Assembly: GCA_951406725.2 (NCBI GenBank)
Contig: OX597837.1
Location: forward strand, 36,580,001 to 36,644,000
From: Octopus vulgaris
Taxonomy: Eukaryota
DNA: 64,000 bases
Direction of reading: 5' to 3'
The notes below the pieces were generated by a model. That model made no database searches, was not told the DNA's origin, and saw only the letters and a list, made by a program, of their open reading frames with translations. This document shows, piece after piece, positions 12,952 to 26,734 of the stretch; position 1 is the first letter of the stretch; each line of letters begins with the position of its first letter. The translations under genes and the position numbers were made by a program.

Positions 12952-13675
12952 ACGTGTATATTTATATTATTTATACCGTATGTATATATATGTTTCTGTA
13001 TGTATGCAAATGCACATATGCATGTGATTGTACGTATATACGTATATCTTAAATGCATATTTACATCTACACACAGACACACACACACGTGCGCACATAC
13101 ATGCATTCATACATATATACACATAGGTACGCACTTATACATACACACACATACACACATACGTACATACATACATACACACACATACACTCACACACAT
13201 ACACACACATGCACTCACATACACACATACATTCATATATACACATACACACACACTGACATACACACATACACACACAGATACATACATTCACATACAT
13301 ACACATACACACATACATACATACACACATACACACAAACACACACACACACACACATACATATATTAAACATCGTTATAATTGTTCCAATATTTTGCGA
13401 AAGATTTTCTTGTTCTTCCATGTATATTTTCTCAAACCATTTCTTGTGGAGAGGGAGGTGGGCACGGGTGGAAACAGAAGGGCGGGGTGGGGGAAGACAC
13501 ATTATCAAATTTTGGTTTTATTGTTAAATTCCATTGCTTAATAAAAAAAACCTGTAAGAAAAGCAGAATAAACAGACTTTGACTAACATTTCGGTATCGC
13601 TGTAAATATGTGTGAGTCTGTGTATGCGTGAGTGTGTTTATGTATGGGTGTGTATGTGTGTGTGTTCGTGTGTGA

Positions 13676-13730
<55 letters not shown>

Positions 13731-13778
13731 GATAGATATAAATATGTGTGTGTGTGGAGGGGAGTGTGCATGAAAATG

Positions 13779-13821
<43 letters not shown>

Positions 13822-13888
13822 GTCCTGGTTTTGTTGTTATCTTTACCATTATTGTTTTTACGTATTTTTGTATTCTTATTCGTGCAAC

Positions 13889-14134
13889 CTCGTCCGTTTT
13901 TCCGTCCTTGTTTTGTATATATTCGAGGCTTTCTTCCAAGGAATCTAATGCGCTTGGCTTAGATTTCCCTTTGGGGCTGCCCAGATCGGAGCAATCTCAA
14001 GATTAATCAGCCGAAATTGCGAAGATGATCCGGTTCTTGACTGAAGATTGGAGGCTTCGAATGTCCCGTCCGTGTTTTTTGTGTCGTCTTCTAAATGTTT
14101 TTGTCCCGTTTGTATATTTTTTTACTTTTACTTT

Positions 14135-14138
<4 letters not shown>
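13889..14138 (+). mobile_element. Dispersed ~240 bp repeat ending TTGTCCC(A)GTTTGTAT..TTTTT at a dinucleotide tract
   Basis: Reverse-complement copy at 60201-60440. Confidence 0.7.
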
Positions 14139-14219
<81 letters not shown>

Positions 14220-14220
<1 letters not shown>

Positions 14221-14460
14221 GGAGTAGCTGTGTGGTAAATAGCTTGCTTACCAACCACATGGTTCCGGGTTCAGTCCTGCTACAGGGCACCTTGGGCAAG
14301 TGTCTTCTTCTATAGCCTCAGGTCGACGAAAGCCTTGTGTGTGGATTTGGTAGACGGAAACTGAAAGAAGCCCATCGTGTATGTATTTGTGAGTGTGTAA
14401 GTCTGTGTCTGTGTGTGTCTGTGTGTGTCTGTGTCTGTGTGTCTGTGTCTGTGTCTCTGT

Positions 14461-14520
<60 letters not shown>

Positions 14521-14698
14521 TTGTGCATCTGTGTTCGTACTGCCACCATCGCTTGACAACCGATGTTGGTGTGTTCGGCAAAAGAGTCCGAAAGAATCAG
14601 CACTAGGCTTACAACGAATAAGTCCCGGGATATATCTGTTCGACTAAAGGTGGTGCTCTATCATGGCCGCAATCAAATGACTGAAACACGTGAAAGAA
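14220..14698 (+). mobile_element. SINE family A
   Basis: Match to family A. Confidence 0.8.
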
Positions 14699-14712
14699 TA
14701 TATATATATATG

Positions 14713-14785
<73 letters not shown>

Positions 14786-14856
14786 ATGTATGTATGTATG
14801 TATATATATACGTATGTATATGTATAATGTACATACAAATATATGCGTGTACATAT

Positions 14857-14924
<68 letters not shown>

Positions 14925-15050
14925 GTATCTACATATTTATGTATATATATATGTGTAATGTGGATACATACATGTATGGATATATATATATTGTATCGTC
15001 TTCTAAGAGTTATACGTTCTTGTCCATGTTGTATTTTTCTACATACCTTA

Positions 15051-15121
<71 letters not shown>

Positions 15122-15964
15122 CATACACACACCATACATACATGCATATATACATACAGATGTCTTTATGAATATATGTACGTATGAATATATACATATA
15201 CTTATATACAAGTACGAACGTACGAACGTGAGTATACCAATATGCATATACGTACATACGTATCTTAGTATCTATGCCAGCATATATATATTTGTCGAAG
15301 ATTTCTATAATAGACTGCAGGAATTTATTAAAAGACATTTCCTAAATAAATGGATAACAGATTCCAACCATTTCTTCCTCTATTGAAATCTTCAGCATAT
15401 TCTTCCGTCGTTAGCAATATCACTCGAGAATATATTTATCAGTGGCCGCCATATTCCTTTTCGCTAACTGCCTTTCATTTTGGTTTTCCTAGTTTTAGTT
15501 TTTTTTTAAGATTTTTTTTTCCTTCTTCGTTTTACTACGGTTCTTGTATTTGCTGTGTGGTTTTGTTTTCATTTTTTTTGTTGATATTTTGTCTTTGTAT
15601 TTCTATGGATGAAGTGTGTTGGGCATTGGGGGGTGGTGGCGGTAGAATTAAATAATCATAATAGAAAAGAGAAAAACTATTTAAATTGAAAAATTTTGTG
15701 GAAGAAGAAATAGAATTGGAACACACACGCACACACACACAAACATACACACACATATATATATATATGGGTTCCAATTCCTTTTCTTCTTCCACAAAAT
15801 TTATATATATATATGTATATATACGTGTATGCTTACGTGTATATGTGTATATATAAGTATATATATATATATACATTTACATAGATGTACATATATATGC
15901 ATACATATTTATATACCTATATATATATACATATAAATATATACATATAGATGGATATATATAC

Positions 15965-16037
<73 letters not shown>

Positions 16038-16042
16038 CATAC

Positions 16043-16084
<42 letters not shown>

Positions 16085-16110
16085 CCACATATGTTTATAT
16101 GTATATATAC

Positions 16111-16161
<51 letters not shown>

Positions 16162-16413
16162 TACATCTATATAAATACATTCTGTATGTGATGTATATAT
16201 TTTTGTAAGTAAGTGTGTATATAAATGTATATTTAAATTCAGCTTTACATAATATAAGGGGAAAAAGACATCCGCAGAGTTTATTACTATATTGAAACCA
16301 GGTATATTCAGCCATATGTGGGGGAAGGGATGAGTGAATTATGAAACTTCAAACTGAGGAGAAACCCATGACATATGTGTGTGTGTGTAAATGTATGTAG
16401 ATATATTTATGCA

Positions 16414-16452
<39 letters not shown>

Positions 16453-16475
16453 GTATCTATATATATATGTATATA

Positions 16476-16566
<91 letters not shown>

Positions 16567-17070
16567 CCATGTGATTACCTGGTCGACCTGACTATCAGAT
16601 GTTGTTATACATCACTGATCACAATGCACTTTGCATCGTTTTAGCTTTTGAATGATACTACCCTGCAGTCTTGATGGGCAAGCCAATGTGTGTATGTGTG
16701 CGTGTGCTTGTGTCTGTATGTGTGTGTGTGTGCGTGCTTATGTTGGTTCCCCCACCCCGTGGCTTGATAACCGGTATTGGTGCGTTTACATCCCCATAAC
16801 TTAGGGCTTTTGTCAAAAGAGGGCAATAGAATAAATATCGAGTTTTAAAAAATAAGTACTGGGGCGCATTCGTTCGACTGACACCCTTCAAGGCAGTGCT
16901 CCAGCATGGCCGTAGTCTAATGACTGAAAAAGGTAAAAGATATATATTGTAATAAGAATAAAACGAATGGGTATATTAAGGCTTATGCATGTTTGTGTAT
17001 TTGTTTGTCCCCCTTTCTACAGTTTGACAACAGTTGTTGGTTTGTTTGCATTCCCAACAGCGTAAGCTCC

Positions 17071-17480
17071 GGCTGTGTAGTAAGTAGCTTGTTTACCAAC
17101 CACATGGTTCCGGGTTCAGTCCCACTGCGTGGCACCTTGGGCAAGTGTCTTCTACTATAGCCTCGGGCCGACCAAAACCTTGTGAGTGGATTTGGTAGAC
17201 GGAAACTGAAAGAAGCCCGTCGTATATATGTATATATATATATGTGTATGTGTGTGTGTTTGTGTGTCTGTGTTTGTCCCTCTAGCATTGCTTGACAACC
17301 GATGCTGGTGTGTTTATGTCCCCGTCACTTAGCGGTTCAGCAAAAAGAGACCGATAGAATAAGTACTGGGCTTACAAATAATAAGTCCCGGGGTCGAGTT
17401 GCTCGACTAAAGGCGGTGCTCCAGCATGGCCGCAGTGAAATGACTGAAACAAGTAAAAAGAGTAAAAAGAGTAAAGAGTA
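17071..17480 (+). mobile_element. SINE family A
   Basis: Match to family A; preceded by older partial copies at ~16690-17065. Confidence 0.85.
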
Positions 17481-18367
17481 ACTGGTTTCGATTTTTTTTC
17501 GACTAAAACTCTTCGAGAGATGGTATCCCAGCATGGCCACAGTCGAAAGAATGAAACAAGGTTAAAAAAGGGAAAGAAAAAAAACAGGTAAAATTAGACG
17601 AACTCCCATTAATACAGACCCTTACCGTCCCTTTGTGTTTTCTGAATCGAATAAAATCAAAATGGTGGCTATCCGCCATTGGTCTCTCGCTTCCCAGTTC
17701 CAGACTAACTCTTCCCTTTATCTCGGGATTATCAAAAAATCATTTTCTTAAAAGTAATTGATATATGAGATCGATATGGAATCTTCTAGAATTCTTGACC
17801 AATTTCAATTCCCATCATGCATTGCATTTCCGATAACAACAATAACTACAACATTATTAATCGATATATATTTCTCTTCTTTCTTTTTTTTTTCTTCCAT
17901 TTTTTTATTTCCTTTTTCCTTATTTTTCGTTCCCTCCCGTCATTATTATATTTTCTTATCTGACAGATCTTCAGGTTATATATACATGTGTGTGTGTGTG
18001 CGTTTATGTGTATGTGTGTATGTGTTTATGTGTGTGTGTGTGTGTGTGTGTGTTTATATATATATAACATACTCTATATAAATAACGTATATATGTGTAT
18101 ATATGTCTGAGTGTGTCTGTGAATGCATATTATATAAATATATGTGTGTATGCATATATATACATACAGAAAAATAAATGGAGCATTTATGTGAACATAA
18201 ATATTTGTGTGCGCGCGCGTGTATACGTGTGTGTGTGTGTGAGTGCGTGTGTGTGTGTGTTGTGTGTGTGTGTGTGTGTGTCTGTGTGTGTGTGTGTGTT
18301 TCGCTAAATAGATAGATATGATGCATATATTTTTTAGAAAGCTATTACAACCATATACAGATATGCA

Positions 18368-18399
<32 letters not shown>

Positions 18400-18542
18400 C
18401 ACATATATACATACATATATATACATATATGTATATATAAAGCCATGTGCATTTATATACGCATATATATATATGTATATATGTATATATGTGTATATAT
18501 CTATATATATAGAGAGAGAGATATAGATATATACTAATACAT

Positions 18543-18786
18543 CTGTTTGTTGTCTACACTACCTGTCTTTTGTTTTTTGTTGTTTTTTTGTCTACCAAAT
18601 CCACTCACAAGGTTTTGTTTTTCTCCCCCATTCCTTTATGTAGAAGAGCGTCGGCTCGAAACGTCAAAAACCTCTTCTATCTTTCCTGAGCGTCAAACTA
18701 ATACTCCTCTGTTGTTCTGCACTTGCCTCTTGTCTTCTGGTTCTTTTGGGTTTTTTTGTAGTTTTTATGCTTTCTGTACAATTTGG

Positions 18787-18790
<4 letters not shown>
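18543..18790 (+). mobile_element. Diverged copy of the 6706-6906 repeat family
   Basis: Contains CTTTATGTAGAAGAGCGTCGGCTCGAAACGTCAAA (18634-18668) and flanks similar to the reverse complement of 6706-6906. Confidence 0.55.
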
Positions 18791-18828
<38 letters not shown>

Positions 18829-19075
18829 GAAAATATGAAAAATCAACGAAAGTGCACAGCTTTGCGGAAACCATGGTATGCTTTGTTATCTGACTTTATA
18901 ATTATCTCATAATAATGACTTTTATTACTACCTCAGTCCATCTAAATGTATATATTTGTCGTTACCTTTCATAAAAAGCCTTTTTTTATTTACAATATGC
19001 ATTTTCGTTGATTTTTCATATTTTCCCCTTACATTTCCACGTGTATTTTATATATTTTCTTTTTGTAACATATTT

Positions 19076-19199
<124 letters not shown>

Positions 19200-19206
19200 C
19201 ACATAC

Positions 19207-19239
<33 letters not shown>

Positions 19240-19734
19240 AGGACAGACAGACAGGCAGGCAGGCAAGCAGAGACAGACAGATGTATAAGGTCTCTCATGA
19301 GTGCTACTGGTAACATGGAATCCAGTACAACCTATTGCATGGTCGGGTCGTCGGCGACTTAACTGGAACCTCCACTAAGTTTGCCTGGTGAGAACGATTG
19401 CTAAAAACCCAGCAGGACTAAAAACAAGTCCTGTAAACGGAATGGAAGAATCTAGTGCATGGGCACTCAGAAATTCCGGGTTGGTGTCCAGTGTATTGGA
19501 AGAATGAGGTACCATTTCAGCTTTTGTTAGATCAGGTCTCTAAGAGAAGGTCGTTCTTATATAAAACCAGATATGCAAGAAATAGCATTGAATATTTTGG
19601 AGATCTTTCGCTTACGCTTGAGATCATGGCACTCCCACATTCCTGAGCCTGCGATCCATACTGGCACTGGATATCTATAAAACTAAACCTACCAGGAATA
19701 CCTACGAAAGACACTGTAGATCTTTAAATAACTT

Positions 19735-20065
19735 ATATACCAGGTCAAAATCATGAATCCCAACGGAGTAGTAACAAAGACGTACATCGGAATGATGGGC
19801 AGTTCGTTCAAGGATAGATACACACAACACCTGACGTCATTCAGCGTCAAAACATTCAGTGTCACAACACCTGACGTCATTCAGCGTAAAAAGCAAGAAA
19901 CGTACGACATCCCTATCCAATATGATGTAGACTTTGAAAGAAGGGAGAGTAAGCAACCCCCAGATAACATGGAGCATTATTGCTAAAACCAGAAAATACA
20001 GGGGACGGGGTACCAAATGTGAGCTGTGCATTACTGAAAAGTTTAATATCATCCAATCGACTATC
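19735..20065 (+). pseudogene. Penelope-like element GIY-YIG endonuclease remnant
   Basis: IYQVKIMNPNGVVTKTYIGMMGSSFKDRYTQHLTSF, then after an internal duplication and frameshift ITWSIIAKTRKYRGRGTKCELCITEKFNII. These match the IY..YIG..R...H and C.LC..EK motifs of PLE endonucleases. Confidence 0.8.
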
Positions 20066-20306
20066 CACCAACACATTAGGTTTTTATGGTGTAACATAAT
20101 TGGGTAGACTAATTTACATATTGAACACATTCTTGACAACTGGTGCGTATATCTTCGATCGCATTGTTTATGTAGATTGTTTGTTTACAAAACATCGTAA
20201 TTTACAATTCAATAAAAAAAAATCTATAGAGATAACTTTAAAATAGTTGACTGAACGCTTTTTACGCAGCACCAGCAACTGGGAGGTCGCCAAGTATCTC
20301 AGAATT

Positions 20307-20367
<61 letters not shown>

Positions 20368-20378
20368 CCACCATCATC

Positions 20379-20410
<32 letters not shown>

Positions 20411-20778
20411 CATCATCATCATTATCATCATCATCATCATTATTATTTCATCTTTTCTGGGTCGATAATATAAGTAACAGTTGAATATTGGGGTCGATGT
20501 TTATCGGCTTGTCCTCTTACCCGAAATTGCTGGCCTTGTGCCAAAATTTGAAACCATCATCGTCGTCGTCGTCGTCGTCCTCATCGTCATCATCATCATC
20601 ATCATCATAATTGTAATCATCATCATCATCACCATTATTATTATTTACTACTAATAATAATAAAAATGATAAAAGAATTTAGTAGTAGTAGTAGTAGTAG
20701 CAGTAGTAGAAGAAGAAGAAGAAGAAGAAGAAGAAGAAGCCGTAGTAGTAGTGGTGGTGGTAGTAGTAGTGGTGGTGA

Positions 20779-20832
<54 letters not shown>

Positions 20833-20903
20833 AAGAAGAAGAAGAAGAAGAAGAAGAAGAAGAAGAAGAAGAAGAAGAAGAAGAAGCAGTAGTAGTAGTA
20901 GTG

Positions 20904-20945
<42 letters not shown>

Positions 20946-21664
20946 AATATTTAGCTATTTTCTATCTCATGATTCCCCTGCGTTCCGGAGAGCAACTTTG
21001 CCGATGGCAAAAATTTTTTTTTTCTCTTCTTTTTTTTTTCTTTAATTCTTTTTTTTTTTTCTTTAAATTTCCATTTCACAATCGGACATGAACTGTTTCA
21101 CAGAAATATCATTGAAAAGCTATCACCCACCATAAAGCATTTAACGAAGCATAAATAATTAATTAATCACACAAATATTAAATAAACCATTGAAATTAGG
21201 CTCTGGGGAGTGTTAGATTTTTATTTTAAGGAATGAATTCTGATTTTAGAGGAAGATTTCGGAGCTGGGGCGATTGGCTGGTGTTTTGCTTTTTAAATTT
21301 TGTTTTGCTATGAAAACAATGGCGAAAGTTTAACAGTGAAACGACGAGACGAATGCAATTTAAACGGAGAGAAAATGGTGGCGACGTTTTTAGACACAAA
21401 ATGGGATAGCTCTTCCTTTCTTTCTCTCTTTCTATCTTTCTCTCTTTCTCTGCCTCTGTATGAGTGCATGTGTTTCTCTCTCTCTCTCTCCCTCTCTCTG
21501 ACTTTCATTGTCTCTGTCTCTCTCTGACTCCCACTCTCTCTCTCTCTCTGACTCTTACTCTCTCTCTCTCTCACTTTCTCTCCCTCTCTCTCACACACAC
21601 TCTCTCCCTCTCTATCTCTCTCTCTCCAACACGCACGCAAATGCACATATGTATATATATATAA

Positions 21665-21702
<38 letters not shown>

Positions 21703-21809
21703 GGGGGAGGTAGAGAGAGAGAAGGAGGGAGAGAGAGAGAAGGAGGGAGAGAGAAAGAAGGAGGGAGCGAGAGAGAGATAGGCACCTACAAACTTGCATA
21801 TATACAAAC

Positions 21810-22213
21810 ATACATACATACATACATACATACATACACACATACAAACATACATACATACATGCATGCATGCATGCATACATACATACATACATACATA
21901 CATACATACATGCATGCATGCATGCATGCATACATACATACATACATACATACATACATACATACATGCATACATGCATGCATGCATACATACATACATA
22001 CATACATACATACATACATACATACATACAACATACATACATACATGCATGCATGCATGCATGCATACATACATACATACATACATACATACATACATAC
22101 ATACATACATGCATGCATGCATGCATACCTACATACATACATACATACATGCATGCATACATGCATGCATGCATACATACATACATACATACATACATAC
22201 ATACATACATACA

Positions 22214-22240
<27 letters not shown>
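21810..22240. repeat. (CATA/CATG)n microsatellite
   Basis: Direct observation. Confidence 0.95.
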
Positions 22241-22247
<7 letters not shown>

Positions 22248-22263
22248 AAATACAAAATGGGAC

Positions 22264-22343
22264 AAGTTCGTTATTTCTATAGTGAATCAATTTCGGAATT
22301 AATCTTATAATAGATTTTTTTCCTCTTCAGTAGAAAATACGAA
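22264..22343 (-). ncRNA. Type I hammerhead ribozyme, inverted partner copy
   Basis: Reverse complement of 22482-22560 except one extra A in stem II and one substitution giving a U.C mismatch in stem III. Triplet CUA, predicted cleavage between 22280 and 22279. Confidence 0.75.
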
Positions 22344-22481
22344 GTGGAGAACAGTTCACACGTGTGCTGAGGCTGACCAAGGGATTTTATATTTAGATAT
22401 ATCTGGGGTACTTATTTGTACTCATGATTTTTGCTTCGGCTTTTTTTCCATGGGCGCATGTAAATATTTCATTTATGTCTT

Positions 22482-22560
22482 TTCGTATTTTCTACTGAAG
22501 AGGAAAAAATCTATTATAAGATTAATTCCGAAATTGATTCAATATAGAAATAACGAACTT
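22482..22560 (+). ncRNA. Type I hammerhead ribozyme with canonical core
   Basis: Core CTGAAGA 22495-22501 and GAAA 22530-22533. Stem II GGAA/TTCC plus AATCT/AGATT with loop ATTATA. Stem III ATTG/CAAT with loop ATT. Triplet AUA, predicted cleavage after 22544. Stem I TTTCTA/TAGAAA, a 2x2 internal loop, then TTCGT/ACGAA. Confidence 0.85.
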
Positions 22561-22801
22561 TTTTTTAAAAATTCTATTGGCTAGCTTTCCTCGATTTCAG
22601 CTCTACGTGTTTTCTGTGGCGAGTAAATAATATGTGGAAATTGACGATTTAAGTCTGTTATCAGCATATTGGCATAGAAATAATTTTCTTTAGCCCTTGT
22701 TTATAAGTTGTTTATAATTTTAACCTTAAAAGTATTTTAATATGCTGCCACATATTTTGATGAAATTTTTCTCTGTAAAAAAGCTTCATCCTATATTAGT
22801 A

Positions 22802-22882
<81 letters not shown>

Positions 22883-23330
22883 TATATATGCATATACATA
22901 TATACATGCATGCATAAATATCGACATACCTATATACATATATATATATATATTTATACATCCATATGATATATATATATTTACATGTATACATACATAT
23001 ATGTATATAGTAATATATACATTCATATAATATGCATGCATACATACATACTTACATCAGATTAGTTCCCGATTAAGCAGCCACTAAAAGCCAAGATGTC
23101 ATGTAATAGTCTTTCATGGCGTGACATAAAGAAAGCAATCAACACGATCTTTATATATGCATCAATCAACGGCAATCATACTTCAGAATACTTGGCTGCC
23201 TAACCACTTGGATCGGCAGCATCTGCACGATCACACTACCTTTTATATTTGCGATATTTTGAGTAACAAATCACAAACTGCGATTGCGACGTAGGAGACA
23301 CAAGTTTGGGGAACCAAGAATCATTGATAA

Positions 23331-23593
23331 TGGAAGCACTCCGTCGGTTACGACGACGAGGGTTCCGGTTGATCCGAATCAATGGAACAGCCTGCTCGTG
23401 AAATTAACGTGTAAGTGGCTGAGCACTCCACAGACACGTGTACCCTTAACGTAGTTCTCGGGGATATTCAGCGTGACACAGAGAGTGACAAGGCCGGCCC
23501 CTTGAAATACAGGCACAACAGAAACAGGAAGTAAGAGTGAGAGAAAGTTGTGGTGAAAGAGTACAGCAGGGATCGCCACCATCCCCTGCCGGA
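23331..23593 (-). mobile_element. SINE family C, 5'-truncated
   Basis: Near-identical reverse complement of ~10575-10838. Confidence 0.85.
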
Positions 23594-24058
23594 ACAAAAG
23601 AACATCCTCTCTTTTCTTTTCTTTCTCGTTCACCACTTCCTCTTCATGTCCACCTGCGGTAATATCTAAACAACGAACATAAGTATCCTTTCGAAGTTCC
23701 TACATTCTATCGATATATCCATCTATTTAGTAGTTTGCAGGAATTCTCAAGCAGGGCCCATTAATCCAGCAGGAGTTTTGATTGGTGTAGAATGATTAAT
23801 ATCCTGGAGCCTAAACAACAAAATTGCCTAAGGAAGCAAGTATGTCGAATTAATGTAACCCCTCTAGGATCTATGAATGTTATAAATAATATTTAATAAT
23901 ATTCCTATGGATGTGGTGAGGTGGTCCCATAAAAATACGTGTCATGCCGAAACATATGTAGCAATACGTTAATAAAAATATGAAAATCTCTATCCGTGAA
24001 ATATTTTTCGTCATGTATATATATATATATAACTAATATATAACTAATATTTAACTGA

Positions 24059-24130
24059 TATATTCAACTGATGACGGCAAAGCTTATTTAAAGCAAAGCT
24101 AGAAATTCAGGATCTTGAATTATTCAATAA
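24059..24130 (+). ncRNA. Degenerate hammerhead ribozyme-like motif
   Basis: CTGATGA 24068-24074, stem II GGC..GCTT/AAGC..GCT, GAAA 24102-24105, near-palindromic stem III ATTCAGGA/TCTTGAAT. Stem I is imperfect and out of register by one base. Confidence 0.5.
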
Positions 24131-24358
24131 TATCTCTTTGCTAGTCTATTTTATCCCTCTGTCTTATCTCATGGTGCGATATGAACATTTAACGTGGTTT
24201 TTAGAGTCAGGGATTTGACTGCTATTTCGGCATGGTGGTGTCTCTCAGACACCCTTATTTTTAGTTGTAAAAAATTATTACCTTTGTATGGTATTTTTTC
24301 CCATGCTGGCCACTTGATAATATCGATATTTAAATATCGATATTATCCTTCTTTATAA

Positions 24359-24435
<77 letters not shown>

Positions 24436-24448
24436 CACCTACTTAACT

Positions 24449-24644
24449 CGGAGTACCGCATATGTAACAATCGCATACGGTTGGGAATAACATACGGTAG
24501 TCAGTAGCAAACAGCATGGGAGCTTTTATGGGTACACTGGTGGGTATTTACCATATACACAATCATACAAACTCGGATATGTATGTATGGTCACTCCTGT
24601 TGGTTTCGACGTATCTTGTCCCAGTTTGTATATTTTTTTACTTT

Positions 24645-24697
<53 letters not shown>

Positions 24698-24873
24698 CCT
24701 AGGCTGCTAGGAGTACCGCATATGTAACAATCGCATACGGTTGGGAATAACATACGGTAGCCAGTAGCAAACAGTGTAGGAGCTTTTATGGGTACACTGG
24801 TGGGTATTTACCATATACACAATCATACAAACTCGGATATGCATGTATGGTCGCTCCTGTCGGTTTCGACGTA
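24449..24873. repeat. Tandem duplication of a ~165 bp unit separated by (TA)n
   Basis: GGAGTACCGCATATGTAAC...GGTTTCGACGTAT at 24450-24613 and 24710-24873. Confidence 0.85.
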
Positions 24874-25614
24874 TGAGTATTTGAAGGAAATAGAAAGTAA
24901 GAGAAGTAATAGAAAGAAAAAAAGAAAGGAAGGAAGAAAGAAGGGAAGAAGGGGGGAAAGAAAAAAGAAAGAAGGGAGGAAGGAAAGAAAGAAGGAAGGA
25001 AGGAAGGAAAGAAGGAAGAATGGAAGAAAAGAAGGGTAGATGAAAGGAAAGAAGGAAGGCAGGAAGGAAGGAAAGCAAGAAGGAAGGAAGGAAAGAACGA
25101 AAGAAAGAAAGAAAGAAAGAAGAAAGAAAGAAAGAAAGAGGGGACGAAGGAAGGAAGAAACAAGGAAGGAAAAGAAAGAAAGAAAGAAAGAAAGAAAGAA
25201 TGGAAATGGGAAGGAAGGAGGAAAAGAGAAAGAAAGAAAGAAAGAAAGAAAGAAAAAGAAGGAAGGAAAGAAGGAAAGAAAGAAAGAAGGAAAGAAAGAA
25301 AGGAGCTACATCTATTTGTGATGGATGTGTGAATATAATTGGAGTCCAGATTTGGGTTTTACTATGAAGTCACCAAGGAGACGATGATTCTGATTTTGCC
25401 TGGGATTAGACACACAGACAGACAGACAGACAAGCTTCCATATAGTTTCTATCTACAAAATTCATTCACAAAGCACTGACCAGCCCAAGGTTATCATAGA
25501 AAACGCTTGCCCAACGTGTCACAGTTTGAGATTGAACCCAAAACCTCATGATTGCAAACTAAGCTCATTAACCACACAGCCATGCCTGTACTTTAGGATT
25601 GAATCTCAGCAAAG

Positions 25615-25758
25615 TCATCGCCATCATCATCATCATCATGACCATCATCGCCATTATCATCATCATCATCATCATGACCATCATCGCCATTATCATCATC
25701 ATCATCATCGTCATCATCATCATGGCCATCATCATCGTCATCATCATCATCGTCGTCG

Positions 25759-25790
<32 letters not shown>

Positions 25791-25940
25791 GTCATCGTCA
25801 TAATCATCATCATCGTCATCATCATCATCGTCATCATCGCCATCATCATCATCATCATGACCATCATCGCCATTATCATCATCGTCATCATCATCATATT
25901 CATATTCATCATCATCGTCATCATCATCATCGTCATCATC

Positions 25941-25971
<31 letters not shown>

Positions 25972-26160
25972 TGACCATCATCGTCATCATCATCATCGTC
26001 ATCATCATCATCGTCGTCATCATCATCATCGCCGTCATCATCATCCTCATCATCATCATCATCGTCGTCATCATCATCATCGTCATCATCGTCATCATCA
26101 TCGTCATCATCATCATCGTCGTCATCGTCATCATCATCATCGTCGTCGTCATCATCATTA
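25615..26160. repeat. (CAT/CGT)n microsatellite
   Basis: Direct observation. Confidence 0.95.
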
Positions 26161-26408
26161 TTATAATCACCTCCAACATCACCACCATTAACATCATCCA
26201 ACACAACCATATTTGCCATCTTCATTATCATCACCGCCATCACCTTTCACCAGCATCATTACCATTGCCGCCGCCGCCTCTGCGTTAGAATGGCCTTGAT
26301 GTGGAACAGCCTCATTAGTGTCACACTTCGGGGAGTGTTAGAAGAAGAGTTGTGGAGAGATGGAGTCCGTTCGGACGATCTACAGCCGAGGTTTGTGTGT
26401 GTGTATGG

Positions 26409-26493
<85 letters not shown>

Positions 26494-26548
26494 CATAGGC
26501 AGACAGATAGATAGATAGATAGATAGACAGACAGATAGATAGATAGAC

Positions 26549-26630
<82 letters not shown>

Positions 26631-26654
26631 GCAAACAGATAGATAGATAGATAT

Positions 26655-26732
<78 letters not shown>

Positions 26733-26734
<2 letters not shown>

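Noticed and set aside
14038-14070. CTGAAGA..GAAT hammerhead-like string in the dispersed repeat
   Set aside because: A15.1 is missing and stems I and III cannot be formed.
15360-15400. Minus-strand CTGAAGA...GAAA
   Set aside because: No stem I or stem III pairing.
25526-26288. His-, Asp-, Met- and Ile-rich ORFs
   Set aside because: Frames of a (CAT)n microsatellite.
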